This document shows positions 22,919 to 35,370 of a DNA stretch of 64,000 bases, piece after piece. The DNA lies in contig NC_080408.1 of the NCBI RefSeq assembly GCF_030265065.1, positions 22,919,480 to 22,983,479 on the forward strand, written 5' to 3'. Positions within the stretch are counted from its first letter, which is position 1; every line of letters starts with the position of its first letter. This DNA comes from Corythoichthys intestinalis (Eukaryota). The translations under genes were made by a program, and so were the position numbers. The notes below the pieces were generated by a model. It saw only the letters and a program-made list of their open reading frames with translations. It searched no databases and was not told the origin of the DNA.

Positions 22919-24454
22919 AGATGCATTTAATATATATTTAGAGGGTTTTGGGCTGACAACCACAATTAAGATCATTGCTAGGCTAATCGCCGACAACACT
23001 CAGACGTTGTGAATGAACTACCTGAAAATATATAATTATAAGGGCATAATCAGACAGTTGTCATACACTTAATTTACAATTTCACTATTGAGGTCAAAAG
23101 CCAAAAAATAAATTCAACTAGGGACAATCTGGAGTAGTGCTATCGCACTTCATATTTATTACATATTATATTTGTATGTAGTGAGAGTGCTATCGCTAAA
23201 CCATATAAATATTAAAAGCCCTAGCTCCATTGACAAATGACATGAAATACATTAGGCTTGACAGTGGATGTTAGCAAGAACAAAAGATTTTGAATTGAAA
23301 ATTTTGTAACTCACCTTCCGAGCACAAGATTCCTGCCGAATTTTCGTGTACGAGAGGACCTGTTTCACCCAACCAGCAACGTAGCATTTATAAGCCTCCA
23401 AGCTCTTAAAGTTTTTCAAACTTTCGTGAGAATAGGCTGATTTTGTGTGGACAAGATAGTTGTAAATATCAGGGTCAGGCAGAGACGGCGAAGGCAGCGG
23501 GTTGAAAAAAATCGATTTAGGCATCAAATACGGATCTGGTGAACGGATAAACTGAAGCTTTTCCACGTAATGCCTTTTATGCAACGCATCCAATGAGTTT
23601 ACAGCGTCAGATAACACCGGGGCTTCCATGAATTGCTCTATAACTTGCACGACTAATTGAAAACAATGAGAATAGGTCTAAAAAATAGGTACAATATGGC
23701 GGCCGGATACAGCGACACGTCATTTAGTGACGTAGGTGAGTCGGGTCTATAGCCAGGTGTTCCTTATAGTGCTAAAACTAGGGTAGTTATAAAGCAAAAA
23801 TATGTATGGGATGAAAGGGAAACATCTTATCTTGAACGGGAGGTTGGAATTTGGGCTGTTTGGGTTTTTATTGAACTGGGTAGATTTTGCTGTGATTAGG
23901 CGGGGTACTGTGTGGGTATCAGCTTTCAACACTGTTATTGTAAACTGTTGGAGAAATTTTACAACATGCTAACTCATGATATTCCTTCCTTATGTTATTC
24001 TGATTTGATGTTGCCTTATGCATTAATGTTACATAAAACAGTTCCAATGATGTTTGTATGTGGCACAGTTCTTGTACCTTTGAACTGACTGTGTGGGACC
24101 ACTCTGTGATTAGTGTGATTGGAAGTCTGAGTGGATGAATCAATGATTATATCAATCAAGAACTGAGGGTAGCTCAGTGTACTGTAAACATGTACAGTAT
24201 GAGTGAGTATTCTGTAGACCTGCTCAGTTACAAGTGGCTGTATTGTATGTTAATTTCCTCCTGCCCCTTGTCAAATAATGGAGTAGTGGCGAGTGGCGGT
24301 GTTCAGAGCAAGCTGATCAAGCATTTTGAGCTGAACCCTGCTGCCAGCTTCTCTCTAGAAAGTCCAAACCTACCTCCCTGTCTGTGTTTCTTGCCAAAGT
24401 TGGGTGAAATAAATCTAATTTAAACTAACACCATATTTTGGGTCCCTGTTTCAG

Positions 24455-24526
24455 GAGAAGGGAAGCGCATTCAGTGGAATGTTCAAGAAGTCACCCAAAA
24501 CAAGCGACGCATCCAACACAGAAGAA
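24455..24526 (+). CDS. Repeat-module gene exon 20 (basic module): EKGSAFSGMFKKSPKTSDASNTEE
   Basis: ctgtttcag| acceptor, gaa|gtaaga donor, 72 nt, phase 0. Confidence 0.6.
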
Positions 24527-25848
24527 GTAAGAAGCTTCTCATCTCATATGTAATTATCAATGATAAAACACAATGTGACAAGACGAGATGAAAAAATATG
24601 AGGCGATGAAATTTTAAGGCCGTTTCACACTAACGGTAGCAGAGTGTTAAAAGCAGCCAGCTGCAAGCACAAAACGGGAGGAGCCACGTGGGCTGACATA
24701 GATGTTGTCTGGAAGGGAAAAGCGGGTAGACTCTAGAAAGCATATCTATTCTTATATATAAATGGAACTTTGTCTGTCTATGTGTGTGGGGGGTGCATGT
24801 GTGTTTTCGTTCCCTATGTACTCTGAAACGGCTGGGCTGATTTTGACGAAATTTTACACAGTTGTGCTTTATGTGTCTGGGAGTGTTCTTAGATGGGATT
24901 GATCCCTGTAGGCCTCCATTTGGTGCGGAAAATGAATTAAAAATGCCAAAAATTAGCATAGTTAATCCAACCTGATTGTGGAGGCGACAGCGTCGTTTTT
25001 TAGGCAAAAGACACGTCTCTTGCAGTTGCAATGTCGAAGTTAGCTTTCAAATTTTACGGTTTCATGTACACATTTAAATGTGCTGTACGTTGTGGTTTTG
25101 CCAATTTTCAGTTTTTTCAAGAACTGCTCAATAAATCCATCCAGCATACATTAAAAAAAATTCATTGGGAAGCTCTGATTTCGAGGTTTCTTATGCATCA
25201 ATTTAACAAACCTTGGCCCCAACAACCCAGTACAAGTAGTATGGCCCTCCTAGCCGGGCCATACAGTTAGTTTACGATAGTCCAAAGCACCAATGCACAA
25301 GAAAACAGCGACTTTTCCAATTTCAAGGAGAAGGGTAGATTACAATAGCCGTGTAAAGAGTTTTACTGGTTTCATTGAGAAGGTGAAGTATTTTTTTTAT
25401 TTGTTTTCGTGAACTACATTGCTACACAAATGCACATCAAGATATCATTTAGCTTAGGAGGAAGAGTGACAGCCATTTTTCGAGTGTCCCAGAGCTCGCC
25501 AAACTTAAAGCGCATTTATCAAGGTTTCCTCGGCCGTAATTTGTGCGCATTCGTCTGCGAAAACAGCCTGATAGCACAGATATCAGTACGGCTGTCTCTC
25601 TGCTATTGGATATGTTGTTGATGTCAATGTGGCAACACTGTTAAAATAGAGTTTCTATTTTGGGCCCCGCCACTCGGCGAAAATTCACTCAAGACTTGCC
25701 GATCCGTTGAAAGCAGCCTCCACTGCTAAGTTCGCTGAGAAGTTACCTCCAACATACACAATGAATGGGTTGCCGCGAGTCCATTCACGCAGGGCTGCCG
25801 CTAGTGTGAAATGGCCTTCATAAGTGATAGTGTTGCTGTTTTGTCCAG

Positions 25849-25917
25849 GTGAGCAAACAGCCACAAGACGACGAGCGGTCAGTGGGCAGCGACGGACCTT
25901 CGGAGGAAAATTACAAG
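25849..25917 (+). CDS. Repeat-module gene exon 21: VSKQPQDDERSVGSDGPSEENYK
   Basis: ttttgtccag| acceptor, aag|gtgact donor, 69 nt, phase 0. Confidence 0.45.
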
Positions 25918-25989
25918 GTGACTTTTTTTCCCTCATCTTTGATGAAGGAAATCCATTGGTAGGAAAGTGATGATAAAAATCTGTTTTAG

Positions 25990-26052
25990 GAAAAGGGAGG
26001 AATATTTGGTGGATTCTTCAAGAAAGCTGCTAAAGCGCTTCAGCCTGAACAA
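25990..26052 (+). CDS. Repeat-module gene exon 22 (basic module): EKGGIFGGFFKKAAKALQPEQ
   Basis: ctgttttag| acceptor, caa|gtaaat donor, 63 nt, phase 0. Confidence 0.6.
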
Positions 26053-27421
26053 GTAAATAAATACACCTTTGACATACAGTATTACTGAATATTACTTTAG
26101 ATTTTCATTTAATGAAATATATTTAATCTCTTTAACTGTCACTGACGATGATGATAGACACCCAATCATGTGGTTCTTTTCATCCTTCTGGACGTCTATT
26201 GCCATCAATGGCAGCCAATAGGTTAACAATCGTGTTTAAATCCACGGATAGAAAGACTTGTAGTTCTTAAAAGATAAACGTTATTATGACTTAAATAACT
26301 TGATATTGAAAGCCCTCTTGATATTTTCCTTTTAATACAACTTGTAAAATTAGTTTAACTAGTAGGTCGCCATTGTTGTTGATGTCGCAGGGTGGTGATG
26401 TCACTGGGTTACGCTGCCGGGCTTCCAGAGTATGACTCTAGCGACATAAACATGTCATCTGTTCAACCCTTTCAATTTGAACCCGAGAGGAACATTAATG
26501 AGCATGGCAACACTGTCGATATTTGACAAAACGAGCAGCAAAAGCAAAATGAACAGGAAAGACAGGATCAGACGAGACGAGAGTATGACAAAACCGATGT
26601 TCTGCCAAAATGTGCTACATCGGTGAAACGTCCTACAAGAGGCGAATTTGACACCCAGAGTACTACCGTGTGCTTTCAGCTTGTTTTACTTATTTGCATA
26701 CAGACAGAACATACTAAAGATGCTTTAAGAAAATACTTAAATGTAGTAACATCAAATAATGGTAGTTTAAATGCGCTTCGTGACTAATGTGGTCAACAGA
26801 TCAACAATCTGCTTTAAATCTACCACAAGAAAACACAATGCTTAAAAGAGAGGGAAACACATCCAAAAAGTATTTTGAGGCTATGAAAAGGTAATAAAAG
26901 ACTCAATAAAAACACAAATAGTATGTACTCGCCGCTTTTAACCGATGTGCGCATTTGTTGGACGTCTCGCCGCGTAGAAGCAATTGCAGAACACCGCTAG
27001 TGTTAGTCAATTGACTGTGACAAACTACTTAATCACCCCGAGCGTACATTGCGCGCATAAAACATGGCGCCCTCCGTAGGTCAAAACATGAACTAAATAT
27101 TATAGATTTTTAAAATAAAGGGCAATGTTTTATGTGTTTCTAATAACATATTTTAGTAAAAGAGCACAATTGCCACAATTGTTGCTGTATTAGAGCCTAT
27201 AAGTCTTTAAGTATTTAAAGTGTTTCTTTTTAATTTAGTTGACTTTGATAATATTTTTTTTGTTTGCCTATTTTTAATTTAAAAAAAATATATGGAATTT
27301 TTCACATCTCATGAAAATAAAATTAAACCTTACTTTTTCCCTTCTTCATGTTTAATTAGACATTTTTGTGTTTAAGTATTTTAAAAAACATATGTTCTTA
27401 TTGTTGCTTCTTTTTTTGCAG

Positions 27422-27481
27422 GATGAGAACTTGGATAAGAAGTTGTCAGCCAGCAGTGAGAATTTATCTGAGGGAAAAGCG
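27422..27481 (+). CDS. Repeat-module gene exon 23 (acidic linker): DENLDKKLSASSENLSEGKA
   Basis: ctttttttgcag| acceptor, gcg|gtacat donor, 60 nt, phase 0. Confidence 0.55.
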
Positions 27482-27583
27482 GTACATTATTGAACATTTT
27501 ATATTTCTGTATCAAATTCTATATTGTGTTTGGATATTGCCAACGTGATTTTTGTTGTTGTTGTTGTTGTTGTTTGGGATCAG

Positions 27584-27652
27584 GAGAAAGAGCGAGGGCT
27601 GTTTGGTGTTTTCTTGAAGAAGACTCCCAAAGGAGAGCGGGCTGATTCATCA
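27584..27652 (+). CDS. Repeat-module gene exon 24 (basic module): EKERGLFGVFLKKTPKGERADSS
   Basis: tgtttgggatcag| acceptor, tca|gtgagt donor, 69 nt, phase 0. Confidence 0.6.
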
Positions 27653-27723
27653 GTGAGTTATTTCCTTTGTAATTTTGTTTTCTTATTCTTCCCCATTCTA
27701 ATGGAGCGATGTCCTGATTTGAG

Positions 27724-27804
27724 GATGACGAAGAAGACAAGGAGAGGGCGGCCACAACTGCAGCAGCGGTCGGCGACGACGCCACTGAGAAGCACGTGAC
27801 CAAG
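27724..27804 (+). CDS. Repeat-module gene exon 25: DDEEDKERAATTAAAVGDDATEKHVTK
   Basis: cctgatttgag| acceptor, aag|gtaacc donor, 81 nt, phase 0. Confidence 0.45.
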
Positions 27805-27956
27805 GTAACCCAAAACGGCTGATGTCATCCCAAGGAGGAGTTTGCTACAGAAAACACTAAATTAGTTATTAATTTAACATTAATGTACCGTATTTGTCAG
27901 ACTATAAGTCGCAGTTTTTTTTCATAGTTTGGCTGGGGTGCGACATACTCTGGAGT

Positions 27957-29741
27957 AGGCCTGAACGATATTGGAAAAAACTATTGCTGCGATTTTTTTG
28001 GGGTTTGCGATATATTGCGATATTATATTGCGATATTAAAAAAATATTAGGGTAATTAATTTTTTAAATTAATCACGTTAAAATATTTGACGCAATTAAC
28101 GCACGTCCCGCTCAGACAGTATTCTGCCTTTTGGTATGTTTTACAGCAAGGTTTTTTGTGCTGTCTAACAGCGAACTCTTGTGGTCGCTTTGCGACATGG
28201 TTTATTGCTTTCTTGCCAGTTCAATATGGCTGCACGACGTCTCGGGCTGACGCCTACGTTGTAATGTTGTGCTTATATGATCCTTGGACAAGATTTGTCC
28301 GTAAGTATGGTTGTTGTAAAGAATGTACATATTATGTTAGTAAGCGAAATGTTATATTTTTTGTATGAGACGCTTTTTGTTTATGTTTAGTGAACCTGTA
28401 TAGCGTGCTAAGCTAATGTTGTTGCTAATGCAATGCTTGTGTACTTTTTTTGTGTAGTTTTACTACGGTCTAAAGAGGACAATGTTTTGAGGCCATTTTA
28501 TTAATAAATCAGATGAAAAAGGAAGAAGTCTGATGATTAAGGCGTCGTTCACTAGCTGTCTAGCTTTGGAAAAAGTAGACGCTTCGGAGTGAGGACAGCA
28601 TAGACAGATTTAAATGACAGTAGAGTGAAATGCCCACTACAGTCCTTATGTACCGTATGTTGAATGTATATATCCATCTTGTGTCTTATCTTTCCATTCC
28701 AACAATTTATTTTACAGAATATATATATAATTTACAGAAAAATATGGCATATTTTATAGATGGTTTGAATTGCGATTAATTGCGATTAATTACGATTAAT
28801 TAATTTTTAAGCTGTAATTAACTCGATTAAAAAATTTTATCGTTTGACAGCCCTAAAAAATATATATATATATATTTTAAAAGACATTTTTACTAGATGA
28901 CTTGAATGGCTCTTTGGAAAGACTTTGGATGACTCATCATGACCACAGTGTACAGTATTCCATCGTTTTTCGCGGTTAATAGGGACCAGAACCCGCCGCG
29001 ATAAGTGAAAAACCGCGAAGTAGCCCCCCCCCCCATTTTTGTTGTGTGTGTGTGTGCTCAATGTATTTATTCAGATCTAGCACTGGAAAGAGATACATAT
29101 AAGACATGTTTTTTCTTCACTTTTTCCCCCCAAAGTATGATTTAAAAAAAAAAAAATATATATATATATATATATATTTTTTTTTTTACTAATAAATGCT
29201 TTTTAAGCACTTTAAATGTAATAATTATGATCAGTTTTAAACATGACTGTCCTACTGAATCATTTTTAAACAAGAATAAAGTACTGTAGTAGAAAAATGC
29301 TTGGCTTTATTAAATGCTTTTGTTTACCTAACATGGCTGTGACTCTTAGAGTGACATGTTGAAATTACAAACTCCTCATAATCACTTCTGGCGTTTATTT
29401 TATATGTCTCGAACGTCTCCACATTCTCCCCCCACAGACACACACATTCATTCCAGCCAGCGCTCCTTTGCAGAAACTGTTTAACAAGTTAAACAGTTTG
29501 ATTGACAGATTGCTGCCAGGCTTCTTTGACCAGATCAAAGCCATCGTTAACTTTAATAAGCAAGTGCTGCAGTGACTGAGAGCTGGGAAAGGGGGTGAGA
29601 GAGGCTGTGCGAGCGAATGAAGCAGATCAAGCGATGGGGATCAGAAAAAAAAACAAAAAAACTATCGCACGTCCTTGCGATGGGACTATCGCGCATGCGC
29701 ACATCGCGATGGCGATGTTTAAACGATATATCGTTCAGGCT
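27957..29741 (+). mobile_element. Nested element with TIR AGGCCTGAACGATAT / ATATCGTTCAGGCT and ~10-bp TSD (TACTCTGGAG). It carries the hAT MITE 28048-28855 and other fragments.
   Basis: Termini and flanking duplication (27946-27955 and 29742-29751) seen directly. 9-10-bp TSD is compatible with a Mutator-like element, but superfamily unproven. Confidence 0.5.
28048..28855 (-). mobile_element. hAT-type MITE family 1 copy (with a small 5' internal deletion)
   Basis: tagggtaattaatt...cgtttgacagcccta, perfect 8-bp TSD AAAAATAT (28040-28047 and 28856-28863). Confidence 0.75.
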
Positions 29742-30217
29742 TACTCTGGAGCAACTTATGTGTGAAATTATTAACACATTATAATATTTCACATGTTATT
29801 TTGGTGTTTCAGAGTGACACTGATGATTTAGTAAACTTGTTAGCAGGTTCTTTATGCCATAGTTATCTGAATAACTCTTAATAGCTATGTTACCGGCCAC
29901 GTTCGCATTTCATTGTTCATGCATCATGTAACATTATCAAACTGTACACTTATTCAGCATGTTGTTCTCTATTGCATTTTTATTTTAAATTGCCTTTCAA
30001 GATGACATATCTGTTCTATGTGTTGGATTTTATCAAGTAAATTTCCCCCAAAAATGCGACTTATACTCTGGTGCGACTTATATGTTTTTTTTTTTTCTTC
30101 ATTGCACATTTTTGGGCTGGTGTGACTTTTACTCAGGTGCGACTTATAGTCCGAAAAATATGGTAGGTAGTTGATATATATAATATAGGTAGTTGATATA
30201 TATACTGTATATATATA

Positions 30218-30590
30218 TTAGGGCTGTCAAACGATTAAAATTTTTAATCGAGTTAATTACAGCTTAAAAATTAATTAATCGTAATTAATCGCAATTAATC
30301 GCAATTCAAACCATCTATAAAATATGCCATATTTTTCTGTAAATTATTGTTGGAATGGAAAGATAAGACAAGATGGATATATACATTCAACATACGGTAC
30401 ATAAGGACTGTATTTGTTTATTATAACAATAAATCAACAAGATGGCATTAACATTATTAACATTCTGTTAAAGTGATCCATGGATAAAGTGTTATATTAA
30501 AACGCCTCTTAATGTTTTCGTTTTAATGAAATTTGTAAAATTTTCAATCAAAAAATAAACTAGTAGCCCTATTCTGTCCTCAATGTGTGT
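30218..30590 (+). mobile_element. hAT MITE family 1, truncated copy
   Basis: attagggctgtcaaacgattaaaatttttaatcgagttaattacagc... continuing ~370 bp, then diverges. Confidence 0.55.
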
Positions 30591-30989
30591 GAGTACACAA
30601 ATTGACAGATAGCGAACATAAGTTCCAAAAAGAAATCAGACGGTGTGGCAAAGTTGCATGGGCTTTACTGAAGTCATCTCTTTTTGACAGGAGCACGTTT
30701 CTTGTATTTTTGTAAAACTTAAAATAACAAGGCAATGTGTCAATAACTTGCATAAATCACAAAATAACATAAAATGTACACACACGTGTCCATTTGAGCA
30801 GTAGCACTAGCCAATTAGCTCGCAAGCATCTAACAATGTAACTGCATTTCACCATATATGTGAACAAATTCAAATACACATCATCAATAACTATCTAATG
30901 CTCATGAATATAAACAAAGGAGGAATATAACTCACAAGCGATGCATGTATTAGACACAAACAGTGTGATGGGGCTATGAGAACTGCCAC

Positions 30990-31742
30990 TGAATACTGGA
31001 TGCGGACGTTAGCTGGTCTGAATAGCACTGTCTATTAGTGTGAGTTCACGTCGACATATAATCACGTCAGAAAAGCGCGCCGAAACCCAAATAATCCGCT
31101 GCACTGAATCGCCAGCAGAGGGCGACATTACGCCACATAACATATGCAAGTCACACCCAAGCGCCAGCAGAGGGCGGAAAAACTCCATAAAACACAATTA
31201 ACAAGTTGGCCTTTCACTGTACTGACATTTAAATCTGTCTGAGCGGGCATAGTTTTGGAGCTTTTTGGAGTTTTGTTGCCCTCTGCTGGCACTTGGGTGC
31301 GACTGATTTTATGGGCTTAAGCACCCATGAGCATTGTGTAATTATTGACGTCAACAATGGGGGGCTACTAGTTTATTTTGTGATTGAAAATGTTACAAAT
31401 TTTATTAAAACGAAAACATTAAGAGGGGTTTTAATATAAAATTTCTATAACTTGTACTAACATTTATCTTTTAAGAACTACAAGTCTTTCTATCCATGGA
31501 TCGCTTTAACAGAATGTTAATAATGTTAATGCCATCTTGTTGATTTATTGTTATAATAAACAAATACAGTATTTATGTACCGTATGTTGAATGTATATAT
31601 CCATCTTGTGTCTTATCTTTCCATTCCAACAATAATTTACAGAAATATATGGCATATTTTATAGATGGTTTAAATTGGGATTAATTACGATTAATTAATT
31701 TCTAAACTGTAATTAACTAAAAATTTTAATCGTTTGACAGCC

Positions 31743-31745
<3 letters not shown>
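30990..31745. mobile_element. Rearranged hAT MITE family 1 copy with inverted duplication at its 5' side, followed by (TA)n
   Basis: ccagcagagggcg... at 31100-31190 is the reverse complement of ccctctgctggc... at 31260-31290. catttaaatctgtctgagcggg is inverted relative to family consensus. Right end cgtttgacagcccta at 31745, then (TA)n. Confidence 0.5.
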
Positions 31746-31780
<35 letters not shown>

Positions 31781-32289
31781 TAAAATATCAGTGGACTATT
31801 TGTGTTGTATTAGTTGTTTTTAAAATTGGCTTATTCCAACCTTTCATGGGTTATTAGCTGTATCTTTGAATAATTGTAATTGGAAAAAAAATGAAGGGAT
31901 TTTACATTTTTTTGTTGTTGTTTTTTTTAAATTCAATTATTAGTGTTTTTGGATTTTGGGATTCATTTTAATGCTACTTAATACTAATATTTATTAATAA
32001 CTTTTTAAATTAATTTAAATATATTTTATTTAATCTGTTGTACATTTGTGCATGTTTTTATCCAATTACCAGTTTGATTACATATCAATATGATTAAAAT
32101 CTTAAATAAATAATAAATGGAATTGTGGGTAGCTTTGCATGCAATACTTTTACTTTTGGAATTATTTTGACAAAAAATTTGCAGTCTCAGTTAATGCCAA
32201 ACACTGCCAAAGACATCAATGTCAAAGATGGCCACCTACGTCAATGCACTGTACAATAAGTGTGTTTTCTTAAACGACAAATACGTGGA

Positions 32290-32640
32290 CTTACTTCTAC
32301 TCAACTACAATTACTTATACTGTTAGTATTGTACTTATGTGTACTGGTATTGGAGGCATGTGTACTTAAGTGTACTTGTACTATACTTGCGTGTACTTGT
32401 ACTACAGGTACGTGTACTTGCGTGTGCTTGTACCACAAGTACGTGTACTTGCATGTACTTGTACTAAAGGTGCGTCTACTTGCGTGTCCTTGTACTATAC
32501 TTACATGTACTTGCGTGTACTTGCACTACATGTGAAAAATTCCTTTTTTTACTTTCCCATACCAGTAAAAAACATAGGTGTACTTCTGTTTACTTCTACT
32601 ACAAGTAGGTGTACATGCGTGTACTAGGAGTTTACCGACC
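32290..32640. repeat. Minisatellite, ~30-bp unit (GTACTTGCGTGTACTTGTACTACAGGTAC-like) x ~10
   Basis: Visible tandem periodicity of gtacttg / gtgtacttg blocks. Confidence 0.8.
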
Positions 32641-32901
32641 AGCGCTACCGATGCAGTTTCTCCAGAAATTGATTTTTTAGTTCAATTTAATGTTTTCTTT
32701 TGCCTCCCTCAATGAATAGTAGTGAACTTGTAGCATTATTATTATTATTATTTTTTTTAATCATATTCTAATTGAAATACATATGAAAAAGTAACCTCTC
32801 CCCATTTTTTTTTTCAATTGCATTTGTGTCAATTTAAATCCACACCAAGCACAGTACGTATTAGTTGTTGTGTTAACGTTCATTTTTGTCTCCCCCTGCA
32901 G

Positions 32902-32952
32902 GACAAAAACATTTTCAGCAACATGTTCAAGAAGCCTACAGAGGGCGACAAG
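32902..32952 (+). CDS. Repeat-module gene exon 26 (basic module, truncated): DKNIFSNMFKKPTEGDK
   Basis: tccccctgcag| acceptor, aag|gtgcct donor, 51 nt, phase 0. Confidence 0.55.
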
Positions 32953-33115
32953 GTGCCTTCATTGCTTCATTGCTGCTAAGTGATGGTTTTATTAGCTTTT
33001 ATAGTTCCATTGACGTCGATAGACATCCAATTATGAGGCCTTGAATTTAAATTAGTTTGTCACTAGTAGACAACATTGGCAACCAATGACTTAACGATTC
33101 TGATTGATTGTTCAG

Positions 33116-33184
33116 GATGGGGAAGCAAAAAGTGAAGCAGCGGCATTCGGGAGTTCGGAGAATTTGTCCGAAAACGTCCCTAAG
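33116..33184 (+). CDS. Repeat-module gene exon 27 (acidic linker): DGEAKSEAAAFGSSENLSENVPK
   Basis: ttgattgttcag| acceptor, aag|gtatta donor, 69 nt, phase 0. Confidence 0.55.
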
Positions 33185-33257
33185 GTATTAAAAACCATCT
33201 TCATTTTGCATGTCTTTGATTTTTCTTTGGTTTTTGAGCCAAATAGTGTACTTTTAG

Positions 33258-33323
33258 GGCAAAAAAGGAGGTCTGGCCGGCATCTTCAAAAGATCTTACA
33301 GTAACGACAACGAGGTGGATGAG
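33258..33323 (+). CDS. Repeat-module gene exon 28 (basic module variant): GKKGGLAGIFKRSYSNDNEVDE
   Basis: tacttttag| acceptor, gag|gtcagt donor, 66 nt, phase 0. Confidence 0.55.
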
Positions 33324-33402
33324 GTCAGTCTCACTTTTTGTACAATGTGAGCCTTCCGTGTCTGGCCACGCTTTTGTGATCCTAACATATTTTTCCATAT
33401 AG

Positions 33403-33474
33403 GAGAAAGGTGGACTCTTCAGCGGCCTGAAGAAAACCACAACGAAAGCATCTGCAGATGACGAAGCTACAGGG
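33403..33474 (+). CDS. Repeat-module gene exon 29 (basic module): EKGGLFSGLKKTTTKASADDEATG
   Basis: ttttccatatag| acceptor, ggg|gtgaga donor, 72 nt, phase 0. Confidence 0.6.
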
Positions 33475-33562
33475 GTGAGATAGCGGTCATGGCACTCCAA
33501 GTTAAACACATCTTGGCACCTAAATATGACAGGACAGAAAACATCTGTTTTTGTAATCACAG

Positions 33563-33610
33563 GACAAGGAGAAGTCCTCGAGTAACGACAATCTGTCGGA
33601 AAAGCCCAAG
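33563..33610 (+). CDS. Repeat-module gene exon 30 (acidic linker): DKEKSSSNDNLSEKPK
   Basis: tgtaatcacag| acceptor, aag|gtaagg donor, 48 nt, phase 0. Confidence 0.55.
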
Positions 33611-34366
33611 GTAAGGCAAAAGGGAACGCAAAGAGAGAATCAAATATCCGCATCAGAGATGATCATTCTCCCTTAACTTTTTTTTGTTATTTAAAGTATT
33701 TTACAATTTCATTTTACTTTTAATTTGCTTAAAAAAGATTACCATATTTTTGGCACTAAAAATTGCAGTTTTTTTTTTCATAGTTTGACCGTGGGTGCGA
33801 TTTATACTCTGGAGCGATTTATGTGTGAAATTATTCACACATTATTACAGTGATCCCTTGTTTTTCCTGGTTAATGGGGACGAGAACCCGCTGCAATAAG
33901 TGAAAAACCACAAAATAGCTGTTTTTTAAAGTGCCTGTGACACGAAAAAGCATGTTTATTTCATAATACACACGGTATTTTATGCCCCTGAATGATATGG
34001 GCCGCTTGGATGTGTGTGGAAGCGATCGCTATTTTTATTTAGTTTTTTGAATCCCGCGCCATGAAAATGAGTGACTTCCGGCTTCGGTCTTGCATTGAGG
34101 AGGAGGGCGCTGTGACGTGTGCGGTAGAAGACGTCCTCTTCACGCTACAGTGTACTGTTGTGTATGAGAACGAAGGATTCAGCTGATTTTGCGGATTAAT
34201 ACGTTTATTTTTCGCATCACGCCAGCCAAACGGCTGCAGAAAAATCATTCTGTATGAGGGAGAGGCGTATGCGCCTTTTTGGAATTTCAAAAGGTTCCCA
34301 TTCACCGTGGATATTTACTGTGGGACCATTGGACTTACGAGGAATTGAGTAAACATCTTGTTTTGT

Positions 34367-35370
34367 ATTACCGTATTTTTCGGACTATAAGTCGCGGTTT
34401 TTTTCATATTTTGGCTGGGGGTGCGACTTATACTCAGGAGCGACTTATGTGTGGAATTATTAACACATTATGATATAATTTCACATATTATTTTGGTGTT
34501 TTGCAGTGTCACTAATGGTTTTGTAAAGTTGTTAGCATGTTCTTATGCTATAGTTATCTGAATAACTCTTTATAGCTATGGCCACGTTCGCGTTCTGCCT
34601 TTGGCAGTGTATGTTCAATTGTATTATTGACTTTTTTATCTTGAAATGGATGCATTTAGTTTGTGGCGCTTTCACGCCCACGTAAGGGCGCCCTCGCACT
34701 TGTTTATGTGACACGCCAGAAGAAGACGGACAGCTACGTAGCTCTGAGTGAGTGAGGGGCGAGTTAGCGAGAGAGAATAGACGGCTGCGAACCTACTTTC
34801 ATTGTTTATGCTTTTAAATCATCTCTACAGAGGCAACGCCTGCGTGTATCATCTTTTCTGTTGTTGTTGTGTGTTTTCCACCTGCGATCGGACACTTAGA
34901 GCCAGTTGTGTGGTTGTTTGAACGATGTGCTAATGATAGCGAACGCATGCTAACCTGTTACTTATTACTAATAGTACCTAATTATCATTTATTTACGTTG
35001 ATGCGAACCTGTTTTCTATCGAGGACCAAATTGATTCAGCAAATTATACGGACGTCCAGCATTGTCTTTTGGGAGTTCGCTGTATAGCCAGGACAGGCCG
35101 TAGCGTAGGACAGTATATTCACATTTCGTTGTTCATGCACTGTACACTGCACATTTATTTAGCATGTTGTTCTCTATTGTATTTTTATATTAAATTGCCT
35201 TTCAAGATGACATGTCTGTTCTATGTGTTGGATTTTATCAAGTAAATCTCCCCCAAAAATTCGACTTATACTCCGGTGCGACTTGTATATGTTTTTTTTC
35301 TCTTCGTTGGGCATTTTATGGCTGGATCGACTTATACTCAGGAGCGACTTGTAGTCCGAAAAATACGGTA
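34367..35370 (+). mobile_element. TA-target MITE (~1 kb), intact reference copy; TIR TACCGTATTTTTCGGACTATAAGTCGC
   Basis: taccgtatttttcggactataagtcgc...gcgacttgtagtccgaaaaatacggta flanked by TA. Other copies at 27886-30165 (split) and 55632-58792 (with two nested insertions). Partial at 33735-33845. Confidence 0.7.

Larger units (their letters stand above)
27886..30165 (+). mobile_element. TA-target MITE (TIR TACCGTATTTGTCAGACTATAAGTCGC) split by a nested insertion that itself contains an hAT MITE: three nesting levels
   Basis: Left part 27886-27955 and right part 29742-30165 (…gcgacttatagtccgaaaaatatggta) are collinear with the intact copy at 34367-35370. The insert is flanked by a 10-bp duplication TACTCTGGAG that is single-copy in the intact element. 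Confidence 0.7.

Noticed and set aside
23252-23650. Minus-strand ORF …DIYNYLVHTKSAYSHESLKNFKSLEAYKCYVAGWVKQV…
   Set aside because: Probably a transposase-derived fragment, but the family was not recognisable with confidence. Opposite strand to the THAP exon, so not the same gene. Mentioned only within the THAP finding.
33201-33653. 150-aa minus-strand ORF overlapping exons 27-29 of the repeat-module gene
   Set aside because: It runs antisense across three + strand exons and their introns. Composition is ordinary but there is no supporting splice structure. The + strand exons have conserved motifs and canonical splice sites.
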